A stretch of 64,000 bases of DNA, taken from Acidobacteriota bacterium (GTDB taxonomy: Bacteria; Acidobacteriota; UBA890; WLXD01). Where the stretch lies: assembly GCA_965248695.1 (NCBI GenBank), contig CBDFKD010000002.1, positions 160,001 to 224,000 on the forward strand, given 5' to 3'. The position numbers were made by a program, and so were the translations under genes. Position 1 is the first letter of the stretch; every line of letters starts with the position of its first letter. Positions 1 to 10,568 of this stretch are shown here, piece after piece. The notes under the pieces are model-generated. The model had not been told where the DNA came from and did not search any database. It saw nothing but the letters and a program-made list of their open reading frames with translations.

Positions 1-204
1 GCGTCGTGGACGGCGAGTGATGCGCGTCGAGGTGGCGATGCTCTCTGGGCGGGTTGTGCCCCTACTCCCCTGACCAACGAGATCAGAAGACCAGCCCCCG
101 GCAATGCCGGAGGGGGACGGTGACTTCGTTGACGAGGCTCGGTCGACCGCAAGGCTTTAGGCGCGCCTGGCTCGTAGCCGCTGTAGGTTGACTGCGCCGT
201 TCGA

Positions 205-891
205 TCACCTGCACCGCTCCACCCTGGCTGCGATGCATGATGCCGCGCGCCGATCGCCACTGCCGTCCTTTCTCGGCTCTCCATAGGCTCCGTGTGAGCG
301 CCAGATCGAGTAGTCCCCCTGGTGGAATCCGCGGCCCACGCGAACCCGGGCCATGTACGGGGAATTCTCCAGCATGTAACCGAATTGTGGGTTGTAGTAG
401 AGCAGCCATACGTCGCGGGGGCAGCGCTGTAGCGACCACTTGACGTGGAGCAATACCCGCGCCAGGGCGCGCTCGCGAAACGGATTGAAGAGGTAGATCA
501 CGCACGGCTCGTCGGGAATCTCCAGCCGCGAGGCATCGGCGTGGACGAGCTCGATGCGACGCGTGTCGTTGCCCGCCTGCGCCCAGGCGCGTACGTTCCG
601 GCGGGCAACCGTATGCAGCGACAACGACGCCTCGACCCCGACGATGCGACGGAACGCATGACCCGCCGCCAGCAGCAGTACGCGGCCCTTCCCGGAACCG
701 AGGTCCATGAAGGTGTAGTCGTGGTGCCGTATCGGCAGTTCGCCGAGCATGTGACGGAACACGGCGGGCTCGGTGGCCTCGTAGGAGACGGCCTGCCGGG
801 CCACCTCCTCCGGATGGTCCAGCAACCCGACCGGGATCTCTCCGTCGGTATCGGTGCCGTGACGTGCGTCAAACTCCGTCTGGCAGTGCAT
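205..891 (-). CDS. Class I SAM-dependent methyltransferase
   Basis: Motif I FMDLGSGKGR, then GVE, and YLFNPF after strand 4. Confidence 0.8.
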   Translation of the reverse strand: MHCQTEFDARHGTDTDGEIPVGLLDHPEEVARQAVSYEATEPAVFRHMLGELPIRHHDYTFMDLGSGKGRVLLLAAGHAFRRIVGVEASLSLHTVARRNVRAWAQAGNDTRRIELVHADASRLEIPDEPCVIYLFNPFRERALARVLLHVKWSLQRCPRDVWLLYYNPQFGYMLENSPYMARVRVGRGFHQGDYSIWRSHGAYGEPRKDGSGDRRAASCIAARVERCR

Positions 892-949
892 GACCGGACT
901 ATCTTTCGATCCGTGCGGGTGCGCAATGGGGGTTAAATTCCCGCCGCCG

Positions 950-3550
950 CTAGTTGGTCGGCTTCACCCGCACCCTCCACGCCCCGCGACCGTGGGTGAA
1001 CGCGTACAGCATCGTCTTCGCCCCTTCATGCTGAAGTGTCAGCGACTCCGTGACGATGTTGCCGAAACCGGCGTTTTCCTGCGCCCACGAGGTACCGGTG
1101 TCAGTGCTGACGAAGACTCCCAGGTCGGTACCCAGGAACAGGCGGGCCGGGTTGTCCGGATCGACCACGATCACGTGCACGGGGATATCGGGCAGGCTTC
1201 CCTCACCGATTCCGTCGATGCTGGTCCACGAGCTGCCGCCGTCAGAGCTGCGGAAGACGTGGGGTCCGCCAAAGCCACCGTAGGTGAGATAGAGAACGTC
1301 CGGCTCGATCGGGTCGTAGGCGACCCAGGTCGCCCATGCCTTGCTCGGTCGACGGCGGGGCCATGCAGTTGCCGGGCCCGCGGCAAGGGCATCGTCGGTG
1401 GTGTGCACAAAGCCGAGCTCGGTGGCGACGGCGACTCGGTGGGAATCCGACGGCGACACGGCGATGGCGCTGGCTCGGCCACGGAGCTTGCGACTGGCGA
1501 CCTGCCAGCTTGCGGCGCCGTTGACGGTTCGGTACATGAGCTTGCCGCCGATCCAGAGGGTGTCAGGCCGCGCGGCGTCGAGCACGAAGGGGGTTATGAA
1601 GACGAAGTTGCCGCCGGGGTCGAGGAAGGCGCCGTTGCCGGGGGGAAGGCCGTTGGTGGCCGGGGTGAAGCTGGCGCCGCCATCGTCTGACTTCTGCAGG
1701 TTGGCGTTCTGCGATTCGACGTAGAGAAGCCGTGGGTCGCGGGGATCGATGGCGACGTAGCCACCGTCACCGCCAAACACCTCCACCCAGCCGTTGGGGC
1801 CACCGCCGGGCGGCCGCAAATTGGTCCCGTTGTCCTGGGTGCCACCCAGGAACGCCTTGCCGTCCGGAAACGGCAGTCCTTGATAGAACTGCGTCACCTC
1901 GAAGCTGTTGTTGAGCGGCTGCCAGGCCACCTGGCCGGCGCCAGGATCACAGAGGGCATCCTCAGCTATGGAGACTGGGGCGCGGCCGTTGTCGGTGCGC
2001 CACACACCGCCGTCGTTGACCACGAAGAGGGTCTGGTTGCCGACGCCGTCGTAGGCCGGGTGGAACACCATCCGGTGCTGATCGGCATGCAGGTGGCTGG
2101 CGGTCGCCTCTCCCCCGCCGGTCCACCAGAACGATGCCGGGCCCCAGGTTCGACCGCCATCGCTGGAGCGGAACCAGTCCACGCCAGCGGCCCAGACAAT
2201 GTCGGGGCTCAAGGGGTCGACGGCAATGGTGTTCACGTACCAGCCCATGGGCAGGAAGGTGCTGGAGTCGCCGAAGCCGCAGGCGTCGAGACGCGCTACC
2301 ACGGCGTTGTGTAGCAGCAGTGTGTTGTACGCATCGGGATCAGTGTTGCGTACCTGCGCCACCCAGCTGCCGGGGTCGCCGCCGCCGTCGGAGCGGTACA
2401 CGGCGTGCAGCGCTTGTTCGTAGGCGCCGCCGTCGTTGCTGGCGGCAAGGGCGTAGATCACGTCCTCATCCGATGGGGCCAACGCGATCGACGTGCGGCC
2501 CATGCCGCGCTCGCTCAGCACGGGTTCGAACGCCGCGGCGCTACTGCGCACGCCGCCGCTGCTGGAGACGCCCGCATCGGGGCCCGCACTCTTGGCAGCG
2601 ACACTGCGCGCCGCCGCGTCATTCGACCGGTACACGGTGGCCTGATCGAACGTACCGCACGAGGCGAACAGCACGTCGGTCGGGCGATCGGCGCGGACCT
2701 CGAGATCCAGACATCCGCCGGTGACTCCGGGGTCGAGGATCCGGTCCCAGGTGTCGCCGGCATCGGATGTTCGGTGCACCCCGGTGCGCGTCGCGGCGTA
2801 GAGGGTGCGCGAGTCCGACGGCGAGAACACCAGGTCGTTGACGAACCAAAAGTCCTCGTTGTCCGTAGCCGCCAGCATCGACCACGTCTTGCCGCCGTTC
2901 GTAGTGCGGAACACCCCGCCCCCGCGAAGCGGCAGGCCGGTGCCGCGCACATCCTCGCGGAAGTAGCCCTCGCCGGTGCCGACGTAGAGCACGCGGGCAT
3001 TGCCCGGATCCATCGCCATGGAGTTGACCGCGACGTTCGCCAGGCCATCGCCTACCGAGGTCCACTTGGCGCCGCCATCGGTCGTCTTCCATACGCCGCC
3101 GGAGACACCCCCGGCATACATGGTCTCGGGGCGCTGACGGTCGACCACCAGCGTGCGCGTACGGCCGCCTACGTTGCCCGGCCCCAGCACCTTCCATCGG
3201 CCTTTGAGGCTTCCGCCGCGCAGCTGCGATCGGCGCGCCTCGGCGGCGCTCAGATGGCGCCCTCGGGCGCTGGAATACAGCGGCATTCGGGCAGCGTGGG
3301 CCGCCGCCTGTCGATACGCCGAGCGCGTGTCGATCGTACGGTCGAGCGGTAGGCGCTTGTCGACGTGATATCGCTGCGCCGCCGACGGCGAACCGAACGG
3401 CACGGCGACGGCGCCATCGGCCTGAGCAAGCTTGGCGGCCAACGGCAGGGGCAGCTCAGCTTGCCTGGCCCCGGGGTCGAGGCTCACGGCCGCCAGGACG
3501 ATCGCCGTCGCGATGCAGGCAGCCAGGCAGATGCGGCAAGGAGCAATCAT
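950..3550 (-). CDS. Secreted BNR/Asp-box (VPS10/GH74-like) beta-propeller protein
   Basis: Signal peptide; repeated Asp-boxes (TTDGGAKW, TTNGGKTW, SSDGGRTW, SDDGGASF, SSDGGSSW); GGTQDNG and GGDGG motifs; C-terminal FTHGRGAW. Confidence 0.8.
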   Translation of the reverse strand: MIAPCRICLAACIATAIVLAAVSLDPGARQAELPLPLAAKLAQADGAVAVPFGSPSAAQRYHVDKRLPLDRTIDTRSAYRQAAAHAARMPLYSSARGRHLSAAEARRSQLRGGSLKGRWKVLGPGNVGGRTRTLVVDRQRPETMYAGGVSGGVWKTTDGGAKWTSVGDGLANVAVNSMAMDPGNARVLYVGTGEGYFREDVRGTGLPLRGGGVFRTTNGGKTWSMLAATDNEDFWFVNDLVFSPSDSRTLYAATRTGVHRTSDAGDTWDRILDPGVTGGCLDLEVRADRPTDVLFASCGTFDQATVYRSNDAAARSVAAKSAGPDAGVSSSGGVRSSAAAFEPVLSERGMGRTSIALAPSDEDVIYALAASNDGGAYEQALHAVYRSDGGGDPGSWVAQVRNTDPDAYNTLLLHNAVVARLDACGFGDSSTFLPMGWYVNTIAVDPLSPDIVWAAGVDWFRSSDGGRTWGPASFWWTGGGEATASHLHADQHRMVFHPAYDGVGNQTLFVVNDGGVWRTDNGRAPVSIAEDALCDPGAGQVAWQPLNNSFEVTQFYQGLPFPDGKAFLGGTQDNGTNLRPPGGGPNGWVEVFGGDGGYVAIDPRDPRLLYVESQNANLQKSDDGGASFTPATNGLPPGNGAFLDPGGNFVFITPFVLDAARPDTLWIGGKLMYRTVNGAASWQVASRKLRGRASAIAVSPSDSHRVAVATELGFVHTTDDALAAGPATAWPRRRPSKAWATWVAYDPIEPDVLYLTYGGFGGPHVFRSSDGGSSWTSIDGIGEGSLPDIPVHVIVVDPDNPARLFLGTDLGVFVSTDTGTSWAQENAGFGNIVTESLTLQHEGAKTMLYAFTHGRGAWRVRVKPTN

Positions 3551-3909
3551 GGTTTCGTGGCGCCGGCGGCAATCCGTTGCGGGAGTGCCGCAAACGGGTC
3601 CGGGCGGCGCCTGTGTAGTCTTGGAAGCGCATTCAGGGGCCCTCCCCTATTCTATTCAGGCTGCAGTCAGCCAAGCACGTGCGCGACGCGACCCAACCTC
3701 GCGCTCGGCTTTATCGCTCCGTGAACCCGAGCATGCTCGAAGATCACCCCTCCGTACTCCGACGCCTGGGCCGGCGACTCGACCGTCAGCTTCACGGACC
3801 GGCGTGTGTTTGCACTGGTTATCGCTGGGTGTTTCTATTCCACTATGGTGCTCTCCGACGCAGGCGCGTGTGGGAGCGGGTAAGTGACACCCCTGCACGG
3901 GAGACCCGC

Positions 3910-5250
3910 ATGAACGATTCGCGTATCGCCACAGCCAACCTCTCTTGCCGAGTGCCGTGCACGCAGACGAATGCAAGTCTGAATGGCATTCGGGTCACGA
4001 TCCTCTCGCTCCTCGCCGTGGCGGTTGCGTTGCCGGCTCTTGGAACTTCCTACATCCTCGCCAGCGACGAGGAGCTAGCCGACTTCTCCCATGTCATCGC
4101 CTACGGCACTGTGGGCGAGGTCTACGCGCCGCGCGTTGGGCATCCCTACACCGACTACGCGTTCGAGGTGGAACGTGCCATCCGCGGAGTACCCTCGGGG
4201 ACCACCCTGATGGTGAGCGTTCTCGGTGGCGAGCTACCGGGAGGCGGCTTGCGCCATATCTGGGGCACTCCGAAGTTCCGCCCCGGACAGCGCGCGCTGC
4301 TGTTTCTGCGGCAACGGGATGACGGCGTTCTTCGGATCACGCACATGACGCAGGGCGCGTTCCGCGAGATCGAGGTCGACGGTCGGCCCCTGGCGATGCG
4401 CAACATGGCAAGTGCCGCGGGTGTCCATCGTCCGTCCTCCTCCGGAAAGCCGGAACCGGTATCGATTCGTCGGGCGCACCATCCGCGCGATATGGGACGA
4501 TTCATGAGCTGGCTCGACGACCGCCTCAACGGCCGCGTTCGGAAATCCGACTACTTCGAGGATCCCGTGCTCACCGTCGGAGTGAAGCCGGCGGAAGCGT
4601 TCAACGTGATCACGTACGATACGAGCATCGGGACCCTTGCCGGCCGCTGGGCCGAGTTCGACACGGCAACCTCCGTGCCCTGGCGATATCGAGGGAAACA
4701 ACCGGGCCTTGCCGGCGGTGGCAGCAACGAGTTGCAATCCGCCATCGATAAGCTGAACGCCTATCGCAGCATCAATTTCGCGCTCGCCGGCAAGACCAAG
4801 ACGAAGACCAGCTTCTTCGTCTACGACCAGCAGAACGTGGTCCTGTTCAACGATCCCAACAACGAAGCCGCCGATTTCGACAAGAGCAGTTGTAGCGGGG
4901 TCCTGGCATTCGCCGGTTCGGGCTGCGACACGTGCTTCACCCAGCCGATCGGTGGCGACACATTCCTGCAGTTCACCGAGGGCGACATGGTGGTGAACAA
5001 GAACATCAAGTGCACCTTCCAGGGACCGAATGGTAGCGCCAATGCCGAGGAGATCTTCGGCCACGAGTTCGCGCATGCCCTTGGTCTCGGCCATACATGC
5101 GAGATTGCTGCCGACGGCGTCAGCACACCCGACTGCAAGAAGAAGAAGGAAGTGGCCGCGCTGATGTATCCCTTCGCCAAGGGCGACGGGCGTGGCGCGA
5201 AGCTCAACGGCGACGACAAGAAAGGTTTCAAGAAGGGTCTGAAATACTGA
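3910..5250 (+). CDS. Secreted matrixin/M10-like zinc metalloprotease
   Basis: Metzincin motif HEFAHALGLGH and Met-turn ALMYP; hydrophobic leader; start placed at ATG 3910 (uncertain). Confidence 0.75.
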   Translation: MNDSRIATANLSCRVPCTQTNASLNGIRVTILSLLAVAVALPALGTSYILASDEELADFSHVIAYGTVGEVYAPRVGHPYTDYAFEVERAIRGVPSGTTLMVSVLGGELPGGGLRHIWGTPKFRPGQRALLFLRQRDDGVLRITHMTQGAFREIEVDGRPLAMRNMASAAGVHRPSSSGKPEPVSIRRAHHPRDMGRFMSWLDDRLNGRVRKSDYFEDPVLTVGVKPAEAFNVITYDTSIGTLAGRWAEFDTATSVPWRYRGKQPGLAGGGSNELQSAIDKLNAYRSINFALAGKTKTKTSFFVYDQQNVVLFNDPNNEAADFDKSSCSGVLAFAGSGCDTCFTQPIGGDTFLQFTEGDMVVNKNIKCTFQGPNGSANAEEIFGHEFAHALGLGHTCEIAADGVSTPDCKKKKEVAALMYPFAKGDGRGAKLNGDDKKGFKKGLKY

Positions 5251-5272
5251 GTCACGGTCGGTGTCGGGGGGC

Positions 5273-5938
5273 ATGTTCGAGAATCACCCCCGGTTGCTAG
5301 GACGCCTTCGCCGCCGGCTCAAGGCGCAGCTCCCGGGGCCGCTGGCGCAGGCAACTATGTCACCGCGGCCGCGCACCGGCTGGAAGCCCGGTGTGCTGCC
5401 CGACGGATGCCGACATGCCGCGGGGTTGGTGCTGATCTATCCGATCGACGGGCGCTCCCATGTTCTGCTCACGCAGCGGCGCCACGACCTGGCCGATCAC
5501 GGCGGGCAGGTCTCCCTGCCCGGCGGCGAGATCGACGCCGACGAGGGCCGCTACCAGGCAGCCCTGCGGGAAACCGAGGAAGAAGTCGGTGTCAACCGCC
5601 AGCAGGTCAAGCTCGTTGGCAGCTTGACCCCGCTGCATATCCCGGTGAGCCGGTTCATCCTGCATCCGATCGTCGGCCACGCCGAGGAGCGACCGGTGGT
5701 AACGCCGTCAGACGACGAGGTCGCCCGTGTGCTGGAGCCCTCGCTTTCCAGCCTGGCGTCGCCGAGCAGCTGGCGACGCCAGCAATCAGAGCGCGGCGGC
5801 GAGCCCGCCGAGGTGCCGTTCTTCGCTGTCGACGACCTGGAGGTGTGGGGGGCCACGGCGATGGTCTTGGCGGAGCTACTGACCTTGCTGGACGCCCCGG
5901 TCGATCCGTGGCGCACCGGCGACGATTTCGCCGGGTGA
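5273..5938 (+). CDS. Nudix hydrolase, CoA pyrophosphatase family
   Basis: LLTQRRHDLADHGGQVSLPGG followed by Nudix box ALRETEEEVG; VWGATA near the C-terminus. Confidence 0.85.
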   Translation: MFENHPRLLGRLRRRLKAQLPGPLAQATMSPRPRTGWKPGVLPDGCRHAAGLVLIYPIDGRSHVLLTQRRHDLADHGGQVSLPGGEIDADEGRYQAALRETEEEVGVNRQQVKLVGSLTPLHIPVSRFILHPIVGHAEERPVVTPSDDEVARVLEPSLSSLASPSSWRRQQSERGGEPAEVPFFAVDDLEVWGATAMVLAELLTLLDAPVDPWRTGDDFAG

Positions 5939-5981
5939 TACCCTGGCCCCCTTTCCCACGCCACCCCCTGACCGAGTTGAC

Positions 5982-7106
5982 ATGAGCGAGAAGAACGTCA
6001 TCGATCGACGGAAGTTCGTTACCCGCGCCACGGGCGCCGTAGCTGGCGCCGCCGCACTCGGCGCCTGTGCGGGCGACAACGAGGGCGGTCCTGCCGTTCA
6101 CACACAACAGAACGTGCGCTGGCGCCTGGCGGCGAGCTTCCCGCGCAGCCTCGACACGCTCTACGGCATCAACGACTACCTCGCCGAGCGCGTCAGCCAG
6201 ATGTCCGAAGGGCGATTCACCATCCGGCCGTATCCCGCCGGCGAGATCGTACCGGCGCTGCAAGTGCTCGACGCGGTGCAGCAGGGCACGGTCCAACTCG
6301 GCGAGACGACCAGTTACTACTACATCGGCAAGAACCCGGCGCTGGCGCTCGATACCGGTATCCCGTTCGGCCTGACTGCGCGGCAGCATTTCGCCTGGAT
6401 GTACGAGGGTGGAGGCCTGGAGCTACTCCGCGAGCTGTTCGCCGACTTCAACATCATCAATTTCCCCGCCGGCTCGACCGGTTGTCAGATGGGCGGCTGG
6501 TTCCGCAACGAGATTCGGGGTCTGTCCGACCTCGGTGGTCTCAAGATGCGCATCCCGGGACTGGGGGGCGAGGTCATGAGCCGGCTGGGGGTGGCGGTAC
6601 AGGTACTCGCCGGCGGCGAGATCTATCAAGCGCTGGAACGCGGTGCCATCGACGCCACGGAGTGGGTCGGGCCACACGACGATGAGCGCCTGGGACTCCA
6701 TCAGGTAGCCAACAACTACTATTCGCCGGGATGGTGGGAGCCCGGCCCCTCGATCTCCTTCTACGTCAACCGCGATGCGTGGGAATCCCTGCCTATCACC
6801 TACCGCGAGATCCTCAGCAGCGCGACGATGGAAGCGGCAGCACGCATGACCGCCCGCTACGACCACCTCAATCCGCTCGCCCTGGAGCGCTTGCTCGCCG
6901 CCGGCGTGCAGCTGCGCACGTTCCCGCGCGACATCATGGAAGCTGCCTACGAAGCGTCGTACGACCTGTTCGAGGAACACGCCGCGGCAGACGCGGGGTA
7001 TCGCAAGATCTACGAGCAGTGGCTGCAGTATCGCGCCGTCTCCGATCGATGGTTCAACACTGCGGAGGCCGACTACACCCGATTCGTCTACGATCACCGC
7101 GCCTGA
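5982..7106 (+). CDS. dctP: TRAP transporter substrate-binding protein (DctP/TakP type)
   Basis: Tat-like DRRKF leader; QMGGWF, GLKMRIPG, LERGAIDATEW, YYSPGWWEPG. Confidence 0.9.
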   Translation: MSEKNVIDRRKFVTRATGAVAGAAALGACAGDNEGGPAVHTQQNVRWRLAASFPRSLDTLYGINDYLAERVSQMSEGRFTIRPYPAGEIVPALQVLDAVQQGTVQLGETTSYYYIGKNPALALDTGIPFGLTARQHFAWMYEGGGLELLRELFADFNIINFPAGSTGCQMGGWFRNEIRGLSDLGGLKMRIPGLGGEVMSRLGVAVQVLAGGEIYQALERGAIDATEWVGPHDDERLGLHQVANNYYSPGWWEPGPSISFYVNRDAWESLPITYREILSSATMEAAARMTARYDHLNPLALERLLAAGVQLRTFPRDIMEAAYEASYDLFEEHAAADAGYRKIYEQWLQYRAVSDRWFNTAEADYTRFVYDHRA

Positions 7107-7239
7107 GTCGGGACACAGTCCCCCACTTGGGGCCTCGACAGCCGCCGAACGGGTTGTTCGAGAGCGTCACTGCGCCGGGAATCACGAACCGGCGCCTGCT
7201 ACACTCGAATCAGCCCCTGGGAAAGTCGAGACTGGATCC

Positions 7240-8529
7240 ATGTTCAGAGGCCGCCTTCTGGTCGTCGCCGGCCTGCTAGTCACGGCAGCGTCGGTCGCCG
7301 TACCGTCCGTCGCCCAGCTGTCCGCCGGCCCATCGGGCCGGGCGCTACCGTCCAACCCTTACTGCCTGATCGGCGGATGTGGGTATGGGCGCGATGGAAT
7401 ACCCGAGCCCTACGCCGGGGGTGGCCTCACCGGCCGCTCGGCGCGTGCCTACTCGAGATCCGCCGACCCGATCTTCACGTCGCAGAGGACCTCGATGCTC
7501 TCGTGGGTGTCGAGCGCCGACATGAACGGTACCCCGACGAACGCCAACGACATATGGGGATACACGTCGCCGAGCGGGCGCGAGTACGCCATCGTCGGCC
7601 TGAAGATCGGCACTGCCTTCGTCGAGATCACCGACCCGGTCAACCCGCGGGTTGTCGGCATCATCGGCGGCGCAACGTCCGATTGGCGCGATATGGCGGT
7701 GTACCGCAGCTACGCCTACTCGATCAACGAGAGCAACGATGGCATTCAGGTTATTGACCTGTCGCGGATCGACCGCGGTGTCGTTTCCCTGGCAAACCAG
7801 GTGACCGACGCCGGCCTGTTCCGCGGCCACAACATCTACGTCAACGAAGACAGCGGCTACGCCTATGTTCTGGGCTCCAACATCGCCCGTGGCGGCCTGC
7901 TGGCAGTGGATCTGAGCGACCCCGCCAACCCGCGCCTGGAACCGGTCAACTGGGAGGTCACCTACGTCCATGACGTCTACGTCACGACGTACAAGAAGGG
8001 TCGGAACAAGGGCCGCGAGATCGCCTTCGCATTTACCGGCGTGTTCGGACTCCACATCATCGACGTAACCGACAAGGCCAACCCCACGACCTTGGCACAT
8101 CTGGACTACGACAACGCCACCTACGGGCATAGTGGCGCCCTGAGCGCCAACGGTCGGTTCCTGTACGTCAACGACGAGCTCGACGAGCGCAGCAATCCGA
8201 ACGTCGATCGCATGACGACCTATGTCGTACGCGTCGGCGACCTAGAGCGTCCGGTGCTGATCAACACAATCGACTGGGACACGCCGGTCATCGATCACAA
8301 CTCGATGATCCAGGGCGACCGCATGTTCGTATCGGCTTATCAGGGTGGCCTGCGCGTGATCGATCTCGAGAACCCCCGCAAGCCCACTGCGCGTGGCTAT
8401 TTCGATACCCACCCCGAGGGCGAGGGCGCCACCTTCAACGGCGCCTGGGGCGTGTACGCCGGCTTCGCGAGCGGCAACGTGATCGTCTCGGACGTCCAGC
8501 GCGGGCTCTTCGTCATCCGCTCGAACTGA
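7240..8529 (+). CDS. Choice-of-anchor B / LVIVD-repeat secreted protein
   Basis: Signal peptide; NDIWGYT..GREYAIVG, WRDM, HNI, YVHD, IDHN, FNGAWGVY. Confidence 0.8.
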   Translation: MFRGRLLVVAGLLVTAASVAVPSVAQLSAGPSGRALPSNPYCLIGGCGYGRDGIPEPYAGGGLTGRSARAYSRSADPIFTSQRTSMLSWVSSADMNGTPTNANDIWGYTSPSGREYAIVGLKIGTAFVEITDPVNPRVVGIIGGATSDWRDMAVYRSYAYSINESNDGIQVIDLSRIDRGVVSLANQVTDAGLFRGHNIYVNEDSGYAYVLGSNIARGGLLAVDLSDPANPRLEPVNWEVTYVHDVYVTTYKKGRNKGREIAFAFTGVFGLHIIDVTDKANPTTLAHLDYDNATYGHSGALSANGRFLYVNDELDERSNPNVDRMTTYVVRVGDLERPVLINTIDWDTPVIDHNSMIQGDRMFVSAYQGGLRVIDLENPRKPTARGYFDTHPEGEGATFNGAWGVYAGFASGNVIVSDVQRGLFVIRSN

Positions 8530-8556
8530 GCCGGAACGCCTTCGCGCGACGGATTC

Positions 8557-9879
8557 TCAGCGTAGCAGCGTCGTGACGATCTCCGGATAGACGATGATCA
8601 GCAGCAGCCCGATGAGCTGGATGACGATGAACGGCACGACACCGCGATAAATCTGCATCGTCTCCACCTCCGGCGGCGCCACGCCACGAAGGTAAAACAG
8701 CGCGAACCCGAACGGCGGCGTCAGGAACGAGGTCTGCATGTTGACGGCGATCATCACCGCGAACCACACGAGATCGAATCCGAGCAGGGCGGCGGCCGGC
8801 ACCAGCAACGGCACGATGATGAAGGTGATCTCGAAGAAGTCGATGAAGAATCCCAGGACGAAGACCGTCAGGTTGGCAGCCACTAGAAAGCCGATCGCAC
8901 CGCCGGGAAGATTGGTCAGCAACTCTTCGATCCAGATGTCGCCATAGACGCCACGAAACACCAGCGTGAACGCGGTGGAGCCAATAAGAAGAAACAGGAC
9001 CATCGACGTCAGGCGGGTAGTGTGATCGAGCGCCTGCTTGACAGCGTCCATCGACAGCCGGCCGTTCAGCCAGGCGAGCACCATGGCGCCGACAGCGCCG
9101 AGTGCGCCCGCCTCGGTGGGCGTGGCGATGCCGGCGAAGACGCTGCCCAGAACGACCAGAATGAGGGTCAACGGAGGCACCATCACCAGGCCCACGTCGC
9201 GCAGCAGCCGCCATCCGAACCGCATGCGCTCCTCTGGCGGCAGCGCCGGAGCGGCAGTCGGTCGGACGATCGCCACCGCAATCACGTAGGTTGCGTATAG
9301 GCTCGCCAGCAGCAGGCCCGGCAGCAACGCCCCGACGAATAGCGAGCCGACTGAGATCCCCATCTGGTCGGCGAGAACGATCAGCACGACGCTCGGGGGA
9401 ATGATCTGTCCGAGCGTTCCGGAGGCGGCGATCACCCCGGCCGACAGCTCCGGTGAGTACCGATACCGCAACATCACCGGCAACGAGATAAGCCCCATCG
9501 CCACGACGGAAGCCCCGACCACCCCGACGGCGGCCGCCAGCAACGCCCCGACGAACACGACCGCCAGGGCGAGCCCGCCCCGCAGCGGTCCGAAGAGCTT
9601 ACCGATCGTCGTCAGCAGGTCCTGTGCCAGCCCGGACTTCTCCAGCACCGTTCCCATGAAGATGAAGAACGGCACCGCCAGCAGCACGAAGTTCGACATG
9701 ATGCCGAAGATGCGCTCCGGCATGGCCAGCAACAACGGCCAGTCGAAGAACCCGGCGGCGACACCCACGAATGCAAAGATCACCGCCGTCCCGCCGATTG
9801 CGAACGCTACCGGGAACCCGGTGAAGATCAGCACCAGGAGCACGACGAACATCGAGATCGGCAGCCAGTCGCCGCTCAT
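8557..9879 (-). CDS. dctM: TRAP transporter large permease
   Basis: Highly hydrophobic; GTLGQIIPPS, ATPTEAG, SFLTPPFGFALFYL. Confidence 0.92.
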   Translation of the reverse strand: MSGDWLPISMFVVLLVLIFTGFPVAFAIGGTAVIFAFVGVAAGFFDWPLLLAMPERIFGIMSNFVLLAVPFFIFMGTVLEKSGLAQDLLTTIGKLFGPLRGGLALAVVFVGALLAAAVGVVGASVVAMGLISLPVMLRYRYSPELSAGVIAASGTLGQIIPPSVVLIVLADQMGISVGSLFVGALLPGLLLASLYATYVIAVAIVRPTAAPALPPEERMRFGWRLLRDVGLVMVPPLTLILVVLGSVFAGIATPTEAGALGAVGAMVLAWLNGRLSMDAVKQALDHTTRLTSMVLFLLIGSTAFTLVFRGVYGDIWIEELLTNLPGGAIGFLVAANLTVFVLGFFIDFFEITFIIVPLLVPAAALLGFDLVWFAVMIAVNMQTSFLTPPFGFALFYLRGVAPPEVETMQIYRGVVPFIVIQLIGLLLIIVYPEIVTTLLR

Positions 9880-10421
9880 GGCGTTGGCCCCGACTGTGCG
9901 CCGTCATTGGCGTCCGACCCGGCGCGCAAGAGGGTTGTCTTGCGAACAATTTCCGCCAGCCCCTGCAGCAGCAGCAGCCCGAAGGCCACCAGAATCATCG
10001 CCTTGATCGGGTAGCGCGGAAGCCCACCCGGATCCGGGGAGGCTTCCCAGATCGACCAGGAGTTGAGCACCGTCGGCAGACTTGCCCAGATACAAAAGAC
10101 CGCGAACGGCACCAGCAGCACGATCGTTCCGACGAGATCGACCCACAGCTTGGTGCGCTCCGAAAGCCGCGTGTACAGCACGTCGACGCGCACGTGATCG
10201 TCGCCCTTCAGCGCGTAGGCGGCACCCAACAGGAACACGAGGCTGAACAGGTACCACTGCATCTCGAGGTACGCGTTGGAGCTCAGGTTGACACCGATCC
10301 AGCGACCCGCGTACCTCGCCAGCGCGTTGTACGCGCCGATCAGAACCATGGCGAGGACCAGCCAAGAGACGGCGCGCCCGGTCCATTCGTTGAGCGCGTC
10401 GACGACACGAACGAAGCTCAC
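9876..10421 (-). CDS. dctQ: TRAP transporter small permease
   Basis: Four TM segments, HVRVDV motif; overlaps the dctM start. Confidence 0.88.
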   Translation of the reverse strand: MSFVRVVDALNEWTGRAVSWLVLAMVLIGAYNALARYAGRWIGVNLSSNAYLEMQWYLFSLVFLLGAAYALKGDDHVRVDVLYTRLSERTKLWVDLVGTIVLLVPFAVFCIWASLPTVLNSWSIWEASPDPGGLPRYPIKAMILVAFGLLLLQGLAEIVRKTTLLRAGSDANDGAQSGPTP

Positions 10422-10568
10422 GATCGGTTACCTCGGGCGGCAGGTCAGACGACGGCCGGAGTCTACACCTGTCGGGTGGACCACATCGTTGGCAAGACGT
10501 GTGTCCGCTAGGCATGGCACTAAGTTGTGCTGGGTCCGGGGTCCGCCGCCTGGTTGCCGGCCGTGTCC

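Noticed and set aside
950-3550. DNA-level repeats in the BNR gene (and in the FG-GAP gene at 53740-54840)
   Set aside because: Fully explained by protein repeat motifs.
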